From an uncultured Candidatus Saccharibacteria bacterium (lineage in GTDB: Bacteria > Patescibacteriota > Minisyncoccia > Phycocordibacterales > UBA9973), in the NCBI GenBank assembly GCA_964384645.1, contig CAYLKL010000007.1, positions 1 to 43,526 of the forward strand: a DNA stretch of 43,526 bases, written 5' to 3'. The translations under genes were made by a program, and so were the position numbers. Shown here piece after piece: positions 20,469 to 28,613 of the stretch. The notes below the pieces were generated by a model. That model was not told the origin of the DNA, made no database searches, and worked only from the letters and a program-made list of their open reading frames with translations. The stretch's first letter is position 1. Every line of letters starts with the position of its first letter.

Positions 20469-20996
20469 TTAAGACTCTTCCATTATTTTTTTGAATAATT
20501 GTGTCCATGTGACCATTTTTTTAATCAATAAATCAAATTCCACCTGAGTTATTTCTTGATCATTCAAAAATAATTCTTGGGCAGATATGATGTCTAAATT
20601 TATACTCTTTAAAGTAATTACTTTTTCAAAGTTAAATTGCGAATCCCTAACTGACACATTGTAAGTAGAATTATTCTCTTCCTGAGTTTGTTTTTTATCT
20701 AATAAAATATAGTAATCAATTAAAGAGTTCATATCTACTACTACATTCTTGTATTCCCTGATACACTTTTTGATAATCTGCGAAGAAGGGGAAGTTCCTA
20801 TACACTTATTATAATTAGCTCCAAGGTTATTTAGGCTTTTAATAATATTTTGCCCGCAATCTTCTTTTGCCATGGCAATTTCCAAAACAGAATTAAATTT
20901 AACTGTGTCATTTGGGTTATTTTCGATTTTCTGTATTTGAGCATTTAAAATGACGGGAAATAATGCAATAAGACCACTTAGGAAGATTTTTTTCAT
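20469..20996 (-). CDS. Hypothetical secreted protein (signal peptide, Cys-containing)
   Basis: N-terminal signal peptide MKKIFLSGLIALFPVILNAQ. A duplicated promoter module lies upstream. Confidence 0.55.
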   Translation of the reverse strand: MKKIFLSGLIALFPVILNAQIQKIENNPNDTVKFNSVLEIAMAKEDCGQNIIKSLNNLGANYNKCIGTSPSSQIIKKCIREYKNVVVDMNSLIDYYILLDKKQTQEENNSTYNVSVRDSQFNFEKVITLKSINLDIISAQELFLNDQEITQVEFDLLIKKMVTWTQLFKKIMEES

Positions 20997-21050
20997 TTTT
21001 ATAAGGTTTTAGTTTTGCTCACTTTACACTTCTAATATATATTTGTCAAA
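20994..21050 (-). promoter_or_regulatory. Promoter/5'UTR module, copy A. On the minus strand it reads TTGACA-17-TAAAGT. A near-identical copy is at 21531-21588.
   Basis: TTGACA corresponds to plus-strand 21044-21049 and TAAAGT to 21021-21026, with a 17 nt spacer. The core 21006-21050 matches 21544-21588 at 44 of 45 positions. Confidence 0.6.
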
Positions 21051-21057
21051 TTTTAAA

Positions 21058-21103
21058 TTGTTACTTTTTAACCGCCAAAAAGTAACCAAAAATGCTCTCG
21101 CCA
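21058..21103 (+). repeat. 46 bp hairpin element, copy Y (partner of 8944-8989)
   Basis: See copy X. On the minus strand it sits about 60 nt upstream of the start codon at 20996, a similar spacing to copy X before proS. Confidence 0.7.
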
Positions 21104-21242
21104 GGATAAAGTTTTATTATGAAAACGAAATTCGTCCTCCCAAAAAATTTAAACTCCACTTCGACAAGCTCAGTGTCAAACAGAAAATTTTTAGTCTTCG
21201 GACTCATTGGTTTTCATATATAAAATTTTATAAGGCGAAAAT

Positions 21243-21272
21243 AAAAAAACCGGCGGTTAGGCCGGTTAAAGT
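21243..21272 (-). terminator. Intrinsic terminator for the minus-strand gene 21266..21535
   Basis: On the minus strand, AACCGGC-CTAACC-GCCGGTT followed by TTTTTTTAT. It overlaps the stop codon. Confidence 0.65.
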
Positions 21273-21535
21273 TCCAAAATATTTTTTTCGGCATAGTCAA
21301 TTAATTTTTCAATTTTTGATAAGTGGCAAAATTTAAAAGAATCATTTTGAAAATCACCCACCTCTAATTTAGAACAAGTGCAGTTGTGAAGATGTCCCAC
21401 TAAAAACTCAGCCCTTTCAGACAGGCTGGCTTTACCAGGGGTATGAATATTATTGCTAATGATTAAACTCTTCAATTCCGATATTATTCTGTTGATAACA
21501 TTAAAAGAGTATCCATTGAATATTTCTGTTTCCAT
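21266..21535 (-). CDS. Hypothetical 89 aa protein, Cys/His-containing
   Basis: It has its own terminator and duplicated promoter module B. No family was recognised. Confidence 0.5.
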   Translation of the reverse strand: METEIFNGYSFNVINRIISELKSLIISNNIHTPGKASLSERAEFLVGHLHNCTCSKLEVGDFQNDSFKFCHLSKIEKLIDYAEKNILEL

Positions 21536-21588
21536 TTTGTTAAGTTTTAGTTTTGCTCACTTTACACTTCTAATATATACTTGTCAAA
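21531..21588. promoter_or_regulatory. Promoter/5'UTR module, copy B. It lies in the 54 bp divergent spacer between gene 21266..21535 and uvrC and may act bidirectionally.
   Basis: Near-identical to copy A. The same TTGACA-17-TAAAGT arrangement appears on the minus strand. Confidence 0.55.
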
Positions 21589-21589
21589 C

Positions 21590-22801
21590 ATGAAGATTTC
21601 TGACTTGAAAAAGTTTAAGTTACCTGATTTATCAGGCGTTTATTTCTTTAAAAAAGGAGGGGATTTGTTGTACGTCGGGAAGGCTACTTCTTTAAAAGAT
21701 CGAGTTAAAAGCTATTTTTCGAAAGATCTAATAAACACTCGAGGGCCACTAATACTTGATATGGTTTTCAAGGCTGACAAAGTAGATTTTATAGAAACTC
21801 AAAACGCACTCGAGGCATTGGTACTCGAGGCGGCACTTATAAAAAAACATCAGCCATACTACAACACTAAAGAAAAAGACAATAAGAGTTTTAATTATGT
21901 TTGTATTACAGATCAAGAAATACCGCTTGTAGTAATTGAGCGTGGGAAAAATATTGATTTTAAAAATCTGAGCACTAAAGACTATAAAATAAAGAATCTG
22001 TTCGGCCCTTTCCCAAATGGAAACCAACTCCGTGACGCGCTAAAGATTCTTCGGCGTATTTTTCCATTCATAGACAAGTCATCAATTCAAAAAGATAAAA
22101 GTGTTTTTTATCGACAAATCGGACTTAGTCCAGATATAGAAGATGAAAATGCTATAAAAAAATACAAGAAAAATATAAAAAATCTGGAAATGTTTTTGAG
22201 CGGATCATTTGGTGATGTGCGAAAAAATCTAGAAAAAGAAATGTTTGATTTTGCAGAGTCTTTAAAATTTGAAGAAGCAAATACTATAAAGAAAAAACTT
22301 TTCGCCCTTGATCATATAGAAGACGTGGCTCTAATAAAAAGAGAGAATATAAACAAAACAAATGAAAGAATTGAAGGTTATGATATTGCTCATATTTCGG
22401 GAAAAAATATTGTAGGAGTGATGACTGTTGTAACAGGGGGTGAGCCTGAAAAAAATGAATATCGAAAATTTAAAATTCAAACTGTAAAAAGCAGTAATGA
22501 CACTGAGTCTTTAAAAGAAGTTCTTCGCCGAAGACTAAAACACCCCGAATGGCAATATCCTAAAGTTATTGTCGCCGATGGTGGAATCGCCCAAAAAAGA
22601 GCACTTGAGTCTGTTATAAAAGAAAACAATTTAGAAATACCCGTCGTTTCTGTTGTAAAAGATAATCGCCATAAGCCTAGAGCTATATTGGGTAGTAAAA
22701 AAATAGTAGATAAATATAAATTAAGTATTCTTTTAGTCAACCAAGAATCTCACAGATTTGCAGTAAATTTTCATAGAAAACTCCGTTCTAAATTGGTATA
22801 A
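21590..22801 (+). CDS. uvrC: Excinuclease ABC subunit C, short form lacking the C-terminal (HhH)2 domain (ATG at 21590; the track starts it at TTG 21581)
   Basis: GIY-YIG N-terminus (GVYFFKKGGDLLYVGKATSLKDR), the UVR region and the endonuclease region (RIEGYDIAHISG...ESHRFAVNFHRKLR). Confidence 0.88.
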   Translation: MKISDLKKFKLPDLSGVYFFKKGGDLLYVGKATSLKDRVKSYFSKDLINTRGPLILDMVFKADKVDFIETQNALEALVLEAALIKKHQPYYNTKEKDNKSFNYVCITDQEIPLVVIERGKNIDFKNLSTKDYKIKNLFGPFPNGNQLRDALKILRRIFPFIDKSSIQKDKSVFYRQIGLSPDIEDENAIKKYKKNIKNLEMFLSGSFGDVRKNLEKEMFDFAESLKFEEANTIKKKLFALDHIEDVALIKRENINKTNERIEGYDIAHISGKNIVGVMTVVTGGEPEKNEYRKFKIQTVKSSNDTESLKEVLRRRLKHPEWQYPKVIVADGGIAQKRALESVIKENNLEIPVVSVVKDNRHKPRAILGSKKIVDKYKLSILLVNQESHRFAVNFHRKLRSKLV

Positions 22802-22808
22802 TGTTTCC

Positions 22809-23741
22809 ATGTCATTACGAGTTGGAGTTGTACGAGGTGGAATTAGTCCTGAATATCAGGTTTCTTTGAGTACGGGAGAGGCAATTCTAAAAGTAATAAA
22901 AGAACTAGCACATGAAGCAGATGACGTTGTGATTACAAAAAAAGGAGATTGGATAAATCGTGGTCTTTCTGCTTCAGCTCAAAAAATCTGCCAAAAAAAC
23001 GATGTCATTTGGAATTGTCTGCACGGTGAATATGGAGAGGATGGAAAACTAGAAGATCAAATTTCTGGACTTGGCGCAAAGATAATTGGAAAAACAGGTT
23101 GGGGAAGTGCTTTGACTTTAAATAAGGATTCAGCAAAAAGACACGCTGAGAGTTATGGCTTTCCTGTATTTCCTCATATTGTAATAAAACCAGAAGATGA
23201 AAACAGAGCTCGAAAAGTTCACAATACTTTTTCAGGTCCTTGGATAATAAAACCTCTTAAGAGTGGTTCGTCTTTAGGGATAAATGTTGCAAAATCATAT
23301 CCGGAATTAGAAGAAAAATTAGCTGATATTGAAATAGAAGTAATCGTCGAACCATTTTATAAAGGTAGAGAAATAATAGTCGGCGTTGTCCCTGAGCTAA
23401 GAGGAAAAAAGTGGTATAGCACAATCGTTTTGGAATTAAAGAAAGATGGACATATTTTGTCATATGACGATTTGGAAAAAGGTTCATACAGATTATTGCC
23501 TTTGAAGGACTACGGAATAGAACAAAAGCATGCCCTTTCTGAAATGGCAGAACTTGTCGGAGATGTCTTTAATTTAAATTATATGTACCTAACTCAGTGG
23601 ATAGAAACTCCACGCGGATATTTTTTGATAGACATAGATTCTCTTCCTGCACTTGATGATAATTCTATATTTAGAAAAAGCGCAGAACACTCTGGAGTAA
23701 ATCTAAAAGAAATAGTTGAAAGTATTCTAAAAAATATATGA
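22809..23741 (+). CDS. ddl: D-alanine--D-alanine ligase
   Basis: N-terminal VGVVRGGISPEYQVSLSTG and a C-terminal ATP-grasp domain. Confidence 0.8.
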   Translation: MSLRVGVVRGGISPEYQVSLSTGEAILKVIKELAHEADDVVITKKGDWINRGLSASAQKICQKNDVIWNCLHGEYGEDGKLEDQISGLGAKIIGKTGWGSALTLNKDSAKRHAESYGFPVFPHIVIKPEDENRARKVHNTFSGPWIIKPLKSGSSLGINVAKSYPELEEKLADIEIEVIVEPFYKGREIIVGVVPELRGKKWYSTIVLELKKDGHILSYDDLEKGSYRLLPLKDYGIEQKHALSEMAELVGDVFNLNYMYLTQWIETPRGYFLIDIDSLPALDDNSIFRKSAEHSGVNLKEIVESILKNI

Positions 23742-24004
23742 TGCAAACAGAATTTCCAAATAATTTTGGTTTTATGAATTTTTCAGGAATTGAATTTATG
23801 CCTTTGATAATGCAGTTCGCATTTTTTGGAGTTTTGCTTTTTACATCTGTTAGTCTTCTTATCTCATTTTTGCACTTGATATGGTACGGGTCTAGTAGTA
23901 CTAGATCTTTTTTATCTTTGGCTATTTTTGTTTTTGTTGCTGGGCCACTTTTTATATTTGCTTATAAAATAATGCCAAGTGTTTTATTTAGATTAAATAT
24001 ATGA
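23738..24004 (+). CDS. Small membrane protein (2 TM), probable partner of the following bPH_2 protein
   Basis: ATGA overlap with ddl. Hydrophobic. Confidence 0.5.
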   Translation: MMQTEFPNNFGFMNFSGIEFMPLIMQFAFFGVLLFTSVSLLISFLHLIWYGSSSTRSFLSLAIFVFVAGPLFIFAYKIMPSVLFRLNI

Positions 24005-24519
24005 AATTTTTAACACAAGATGAAAAAGTAATAAAATCCGTCAGAAAAAGTTGGCTTGTTTTGTTTTTTGAATTTTTAAGTCTGGTGATCGCCGGGGCAC
24101 TACCATATTTTATGTACAGTTTTGCACTGACTCATGAAATGAATAAAATTCCTGGTTTTGTTTTGAGCCCAGAAACTTTTGAATTTTTCTTTTCACTTTG
24201 GATTTTGATTTTGTGGACTTTGATGTTTGTCCGATATGTAGATTTTTATTTGGATCAATGGGTGCTTACAAATGAGAGATTGATTGATATAGATCAAAAA
24301 GGATTTTTTAATAGACAAGTTTCGACGCTTCATTTGGATGCTGTACAAGATATAACAATCGAATCAAAAGGTCTTTTCCAGACAATGTTCAATTTGGGAA
24401 CGATTACTGTTCAAACTGCTGCGACCGAAAGGGAATTCGTCATTCGAGATATTCCAAACCCTGAAGGGGTAAAATTTGTTATTAGTGAACAGGTTGAGGT
24501 GATGAGAAAAAGAATTTAA
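24001..24519 (+). CDS. Membrane protein with a bacterial PH domain (bPH_2/YdbS-like)
   Basis: Two N-terminal TM helices followed by a PH-like domain (VLTNERLIDIDQKG...GTITVQTAATEREF). Confidence 0.65.
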   Translation: MKFLTQDEKVIKSVRKSWLVLFFEFLSLVIAGALPYFMYSFALTHEMNKIPGFVLSPETFEFFFSLWILILWTLMFVRYVDFYLDQWVLTNERLIDIDQKGFFNRQVSTLHLDAVQDITIESKGLFQTMFNLGTITVQTAATEREFVIRDIPNPEGVKFVISEQVEVMRKRI

Positions 24520-24546
24520 AAATCCCCACCAAGTGGGGATTTTTAA
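24518..24546. terminator. Bidirectional intrinsic terminator
   Basis: AAAAATCCCCAC-CAA-GTGGGGATTTTTAAAT. Confidence 0.7.
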
Positions 24547-24547
24547 A

Positions 24548-25279
24548 TTATTGCGAAACCTCACTGAGTTTGTTTTGGGTCATCATTCCCGCAACGCCGT
24601 CAATGGGATTAAGATTGGTGCGATCCTGAAAAGCCTTAACAAGTGTTACGGTTTTATTTCCGTATATTCCATCAATTATTATTGAACTATAATCATTACC
24701 ACCACCAACCATATTGGTAGATTCTCTTACATAATAATTCTTAATTGCCTGCTGAAGTGCTCGTACATCATCTCCTCTCATTCCATATTTTAGAGTATAT
24801 CCGACTGGGGTATAACCTGTTGGATTTGGCAATGGTGGGTTTGGGTTTTGCCTTGTTACAAGTGAATCATATGCAGATTGCGCTTCAGACATTGTGTTGT
24901 AACCTGTTGAAAATTGGTTACCTCTTTCCACGTGTCTAATTACAAAGGCATCATTTGCCGGAGCAACTACAACATAGTATTTGTTTGAACTGAAATCAAA
25001 TGCGGTAGTACAAGATGTTCCATTTCCTTCTAGTACAACATACTGAGTCGGAATTGCAACCGCCGTCATGATTACTGGGTAATTTTGAACCATAGCAGCT
25101 ACGACTTGCCCCGAATCCATTGGTTTAACAATAGAAATTTTTCCTCCTGCATTTAAAACTTCTTGGCGTGTGATCGGTGGCGGTGTTCCTGGGGCAAAGC
25201 TACAAGCCTCTGCTTTTTGAGCAGGGAAGCTACTAATAATAAGTCCTATAATCGCAAATAAATAAATAAATTTTTTCAT
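24548..25279 (-). CDS. Secreted protein with a C-terminal peptidoglycan-binding domain (PG_binding_1-like)
   Basis: Signal peptide, and a C-terminal LQQAIKNYY...IDGIYGNKTVTLVKAFQ...DGVAG pattern. Slightly elevated GC. Confidence 0.6.
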   Translation of the reverse strand: MKKFIYLFAIIGLIISSFPAQKAEACSFAPGTPPPITRQEVLNAGGKISIVKPMDSGQVVAAMVQNYPVIMTAVAIPTQYVVLEGNGTSCTTAFDFSSNKYYVVVAPANDAFVIRHVERGNQFSTGYNTMSEAQSAYDSLVTRQNPNPPLPNPTGYTPVGYTLKYGMRGDDVRALQQAIKNYYVRESTNMVGGGNDYSSIIIDGIYGNKTVTLVKAFQDRTNLNPIDGVAGMMTQNKLSEVSQ

Positions 25280-25404
25280 ATATAAACTATTAGACGGATA
25301 ATAATCAATTATATGACAAAAACAGATAAATAGTGTCCAGTTGCTAAAAATTCCAAATATAGTTAGAGTAGGGAAAAATGTACTAACCTTAAAACTTAAT
25401 AAAT

Positions 25405-25797
25405 ATGAGCGTAGAAAAATTGCGGATCCGTATTATAGAAATTAATAGACCGATAAATAAAGTAGAAGGGTCTATAAAAGAAATTTATCGACATTTCAAA
25501 ATACATCCATTTGATGCAAGTGTTGAATTTAAAGAGGAAGAAATTAGTGGATTTAAAACTGCCCGAGTAACATTCTTTAATATAGGATCACCACTTTATT
25601 TAGGAAAAAGTTTTCCAGAAATTTTCCCTGAATGTGAAGATATTGAAGAAAGAAAAGAGGACTCACCTGAAGATTTTGTTGATTTTATTTTAGATAATAT
25701 CTCAAGAGATAAATTTTTTGATATTTTAGGTCAGAGATTTGAAGTTGACGTAAAACTTCTTTCTGTAGAAAAAAAGATGCCGGTGATTTGGTTGTAA
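25405..25797 (+). CDS. Hypothetical protein
   Basis: The ORF has its own terminator. No family was recognised. Confidence 0.5.
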   Translation: MSVEKLRIRIIEINRPINKVEGSIKEIYRHFKIHPFDASVEFKEEEISGFKTARVTFFNIGSPLYLGKSFPEIFPECEDIEERKEDSPEDFVDFILDNISRDKFFDILGQRFEVDVKLLSVEKKMPVIWL

Positions 25798-25799
25798 AA

Positions 25800-25836
25800 A
25801 TGAAGGTCTTCCAAGTGGAAGACCTTTTTTGCTTTT
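25800..25836. terminator. Bidirectional intrinsic terminator
   Basis: AAGGTCTTCCA-AG-TGGAAGACCTT followed by TTTTGCTTTTT. Confidence 0.75.
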
Positions 25837-25884
25837 TATAAATTTATGATAGTCTGAAATTAAGATTGTAACTTAAAGAAGGTG

Positions 25885-26085
25885 CTTTGGGGGATGATAG
25901 CGAAAGCGAGTCTGAATAGGGCGTAAAGGGTTATTCCAAACTTGTAAGCAGTTGCCAAAGATGTTACTACTAATGTCGTGAGGTAACGGTTAAGTCCGTA
26001 AATTAGGTTAATTCCTGTTCTATGGCTAAAAGAGAAATAATTCTTCAGCCAAGAAACTGCCACGTAAGTGTGAGGAAGAAGGAAA
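25885..26085 (+). other. 16S rRNA-like mosaic/remnant. It consists of short blocks nearly identical to universally conserved 16S segments, in 16S order, with the roughly 1 kb that normally separates them deleted.
   Basis: TGGGGGAT..GCGAAAGC..CTGA at 25888-25916 resembles the 16S 350-400 region. GGGCGTAAAGGGT at 25919-25931 matches the 16S 570 region. TGTCGTGAG-GTAAC-GGTTAAGTCC at 25974-25997 matches 16S 1070-1095. AACTGCC..GAGGAAG..GTGACAAAT at 26055-26090 resembles 16S 1160-1200. The unit lies between plus-strand terminators. The track ORF 25860..26099 has only a GTG start and is probably spurious. Confidence 0.5.
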
Positions 26086-26131
26086 AGTGACAAATACACT
26101 TTTAATAAAGTGAACTATTTAATACAATCTT

Positions 26132-26160
26132 ACCCAACCTGTACAGGTTGGGTTTTTTAA
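26132..26160 (+). terminator. Intrinsic terminator (ACCCAACCTGTACAGGTTGGGT plus T6) closing the rRNA-like unit
   Basis: Perfect 9 bp stem followed by TTTTTT. Confidence 0.7.
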
Positions 26161-26295
26161 TCCACAGGAATCTCGAACCTTACAGGTTCAGTACACCTTT
26201 TCGGTGAATTCAGAATTAAAATTCTTCATTCATATCGAAAAGCTTTTCGAGTCCTGACGCAAGTGAAGCAGTGCCCTTGCTTAGGTTCCACAATA

Positions 26296-26331
26296 AAAAA
26301 AGCCGTCTTTCGACGGCTAATTTTTTTATTG
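26296..26331. terminator. Bidirectional intrinsic terminator directly downstream of the minus-strand tRNA-Ala(UGC)
   Basis: A7-GCCGTC-TTTC-GACGGC-TAATTTTTTT. Confidence 0.75.
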
Positions 26332-26341
26332 TGGACCCTAC

Positions 26342-26414
26342 AGGACTCGAACCTGCCACCCCCTCATTGCAAATGAGGTGCTCTACCAGATGAGCTAAGG
26401 GCCCAATTACAGAA
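26342..26414 (-). tRNA. tRNA-Ala (anticodon UGC), CCA not encoded
   Basis: On the minus strand: GGGCCCT-TA-GCTC-ATCTGGTA-GAGC-A-CCTCA-TTTGCAA-TGAGG-GGGTG-GCAGG-TTCGAGT-CCTGT-AGGGTCC-A. The G3:U70 Ala identity pair is present. Confidence 0.85.
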
Positions 26415-26545
26415 TGGATAATATCAAATTAACCATTATGTGTCACTATATTAACCTAAAAATCGTTGTTTTGTAAAGCGATTTGGTTTACTATTAATTT
26501 TAGTCCTTATTCTGTAAGAATATAGCCTCGAAATCGTCATAACCT

Positions 26546-27067
26546 ATGAGCATTAAAAGACAAGATATACACGACCACTTTATTTCTGTTTATAACGAGT
26601 ATAATCAGCCTATTTTCCGATATTTAGCCGTGAAGATATTCGACAGAGAGATTGCCAAAGACCTTTTGCAGGACGTTTTTATGAGGTACTGGACGCATAT
26701 TCATGCTGGTGGGGAGGTTGAAAAAATAAAGCCATTTTTATACAGAATTGCACACAATTTGATGGTAGATCAAATTAGACGCAAAAAACCTATTTTTTCA
26801 CTCGATAGTATATTAGAAGAAGGTGTAGATTTTAGTGAAGGAGATAATCCCGTAAAATCTCATGAAGATAAAAAATTTGCTGAAAGTATCATTCCGCGAC
26901 TTGATGAATTGGACGATGATTACAAGCAAGTTTTGATTATGAGATATGTTGACGATTTGTCGATTGGAGAAATTGCTGACATTTTAGAAATTCCTGAAAA
27001 TACAATTTCAGTAAGGTTGCACCGTGCTCACACAAAGTTAAAAAATATTATTAAAAAAGATGAATGA
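26546..27067 (+). CDS. ECF-type sigma factor (sigma-70 regions 2 and 4)
   Basis: Region 2 (LLQDVFMRYW) and the region 4 HTH (LSIGEIADILEIPENTISVRLHRAHTKLK). Confidence 0.8.
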   Translation: MSIKRQDIHDHFISVYNEYNQPIFRYLAVKIFDREIAKDLLQDVFMRYWTHIHAGGEVEKIKPFLYRIAHNLMVDQIRRKKPIFSLDSILEEGVDFSEGDNPVKSHEDKKFAESIIPRLDELDDDYKQVLIMRYVDDLSIGEIADILEIPENTISVRLHRAHTKLKNIIKKDE

Positions 27068-27962
27068 TATCGAAAGACAATTTAAATCATTTGCAAGTAA
27101 GGTAAAACTTTCAAGCAATGAACAAGAAGAAATAAAGGCAAACTTGCTTCGCCAAGTATTTGCTCGTTCTTCTATGCACACAGAAAGACCAAGAGTTTCT
27201 CCGCTTTCTATGTGGTTTAAATTTGTTCCAACAGCTCTTATTGCAATATTGTTTGTTGGTGGAGGAGTTTCATTTGCCGCAAAAGATACATTGCCAGGAG
27301 ATTTACTTTATCCATTTAAATTAGGTGTTACAGAAAAAGTTCAAGGTCTTCTTTTGGTCTCAACAAAAGAACAAGCAAAATTTGAAATAATTTTAGTTGA
27401 AAGGAGAACAGAAGAAGCCATTAAACTTGTTCATACAGGAAAGTTGGATGAAAAGAAAAACGCAACCCTTACACAAGCTATAGAAAAACACACAGATTCG
27501 ATAAATCTAAAAGTTGAAGAATTGAAAACAACAGATAAAACTGCAGCAAAAGATGTTGCTGGAAGTTTTGCGGCCTCTTTGACTGAGCAAGTTGAAAATA
27601 TTGCAAAAGCAGGAGAGACACAGGCAATAGACGCTACTGATGTTTTGCCGTTGGCTGTCAGTATGCAAGCAAAGGCAAAAGTTGCAACTGAAGAAAAAGC
27701 TACTATTGAGACAGAAATTTTACTTGATCCAAAAAGCCCGGCGCTTACCGAAGAAGATGAAGAGACTATTGACGACGCAATGCTTGATGTTGATTTATCA
27801 GACGAGTCAATTTTTGATGAGCTAGAAGATCCAACATCTCTTGATGTAAAAAAAGAAATTATAAAAGTTGAAGCTGTAAAAGGTACAACTGCAGAAAATC
27901 CTCAAATAAAAAGTGAGCAACCTATAGAAAATATTGATACATTAATGGAGTTTGAATTTTAA
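27060..27962 (+). CDS. Putative anti-sigma factor: single TM plus an extracytoplasmic DUF5667-like domain
   Basis: ATGAATGA overlap with the sigma gene. TM helix MWFKFVPTALIAILFVGGGVSFAA, then LPGDLLYPFKLGVTEKVQ. Confidence 0.6.
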   Translation: MNDIERQFKSFASKVKLSSNEQEEIKANLLRQVFARSSMHTERPRVSPLSMWFKFVPTALIAILFVGGGVSFAAKDTLPGDLLYPFKLGVTEKVQGLLLVSTKEQAKFEIILVERRTEEAIKLVHTGKLDEKKNATLTQAIEKHTDSINLKVEELKTTDKTAAKDVAGSFAASLTEQVENIAKAGETQAIDATDVLPLAVSMQAKAKVATEEKATIETEILLDPKSPALTEEDEETIDDAMLDVDLSDESIFDELEDPTSLDVKKEIIKVEAVKGTTAENPQIKSEQPIENIDTLMEFEF

Positions 27963-27986
27963 AAACACTCGAGAGAGTGTTTTTTC
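27961..27986 (+). terminator. Intrinsic terminator
   Basis: ACACTC-GAGA-GAGTGT followed by TTTTT. Confidence 0.65.
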
Positions 27987-28076
27987 GAGTTCTTTCAAAA
28001 AGATAAATAATTTTGACATATTCATATATGAGTGGTAGGGTAGTGTGGTAAATCACTTAAACAAAAGAATATAACT

Positions 28077-28598
28077 ATGAAGAAAATCAAAGTAATCAAA
28101 CTCAGGACAGTTTGCACAGACAAAGCAACTGAATTACCAGGGACCCTTACTCATTGGATGTATAACATGGGCGGATCTGTAGATTACCTATTTCAACCCA
28201 AGGGATTGAATGAAGAAGGTCAGCCTGTAAAAAAACTTTACCTTGAAGCTGAAAGGCTTGAAGTTGGGCCGGAAGATTTTGAAGAAGTGGAAGTTCCAGA
28301 TGAAATTCTCGGTACTCAAGTGACTGATGATGCTAGTGGATTTACCGGTATGGCCATTTCTTTCATGAGACATGTTAATGGGTGTTTCCATGTTTTTATT
28401 CAACCAAAGGGATTGAACAAAAAAGAGGGTGCACCTATTCAAAGGAATGATTTTGATTTACGGGGTTGCTCAGGAAAGATGATAAGTAAATTATCGGAAC
28501 TTGAGTTGAAGAAAAGTGAAGCAGCGGTGCCGTCTCCGGAACCAGCCACTTTCGAAAGAGAACCCGCGTCTGAAGATTTACCTGGAAAGCACTTTTGA
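28077..28598 (+). CDS. Hypothetical protein with an internal tandem duplication (two copies of a domain of about 60 aa containing the ..QPKGLN..G.P.. motif)
   Basis: The repeats are YLFQPKGLNEEGQP and VFIQPKGLNKKEGAP. Somewhat elevated GC. Confidence 0.5.
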   Translation: MKKIKVIKLRTVCTDKATELPGTLTHWMYNMGGSVDYLFQPKGLNEEGQPVKKLYLEAERLEVGPEDFEEVEVPDEILGTQVTDDASGFTGMAISFMRHVNGCFHVFIQPKGLNKKEGAPIQRNDFDLRGCSGKMISKLSELELKKSEAAVPSPEPATFEREPASEDLPGKHF

Positions 28599-28613
28599 TT
28601 TTTAATTGAGAAC

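Noticed and set aside
21043-21336. Track ORF 21043..21336 (97 aa, plus strand)
   Set aside because: It overlaps a well-formed minus-strand terminator (21243-21272) and the 3' end of the minus-strand gene 21266..21535. It has a low-complexity sequence and no start context.
25860-26099. Track ORF 25860..26099 (79 aa, minus strand), as a small membrane protein
   Set aside because: It has only a GTG start and no internal Met. It is exactly antisense to the 16S-like conserved blocks. The region is better explained as an RNA or relic.
26160-26295. Additional tRNA with a long variable arm, or an intron-containing tRNA, on the minus strand next to tRNA-Ala
   Set aside because: A TTCGAGA T-loop-like heptamer exists, but no consistent acceptor, D, anticodon and T cloverleaf could be built by hand.
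25840-26300. tmRNA, RNase P RNA or SRP RNA in the terminator-bounded spacer
   Set aside because: There is no tRNA-like acceptor/T-arm with CCA and no plausible tag-peptide ORF (tmRNA). The P4 sequences AGGAAAGUCCGGGC and ACAGAAAGUGCCACAG are missing (RNase P). The SRP domain IV GGAA/AGCAG architecture is missing, despite a GAAGCAG heptamer at 26263.
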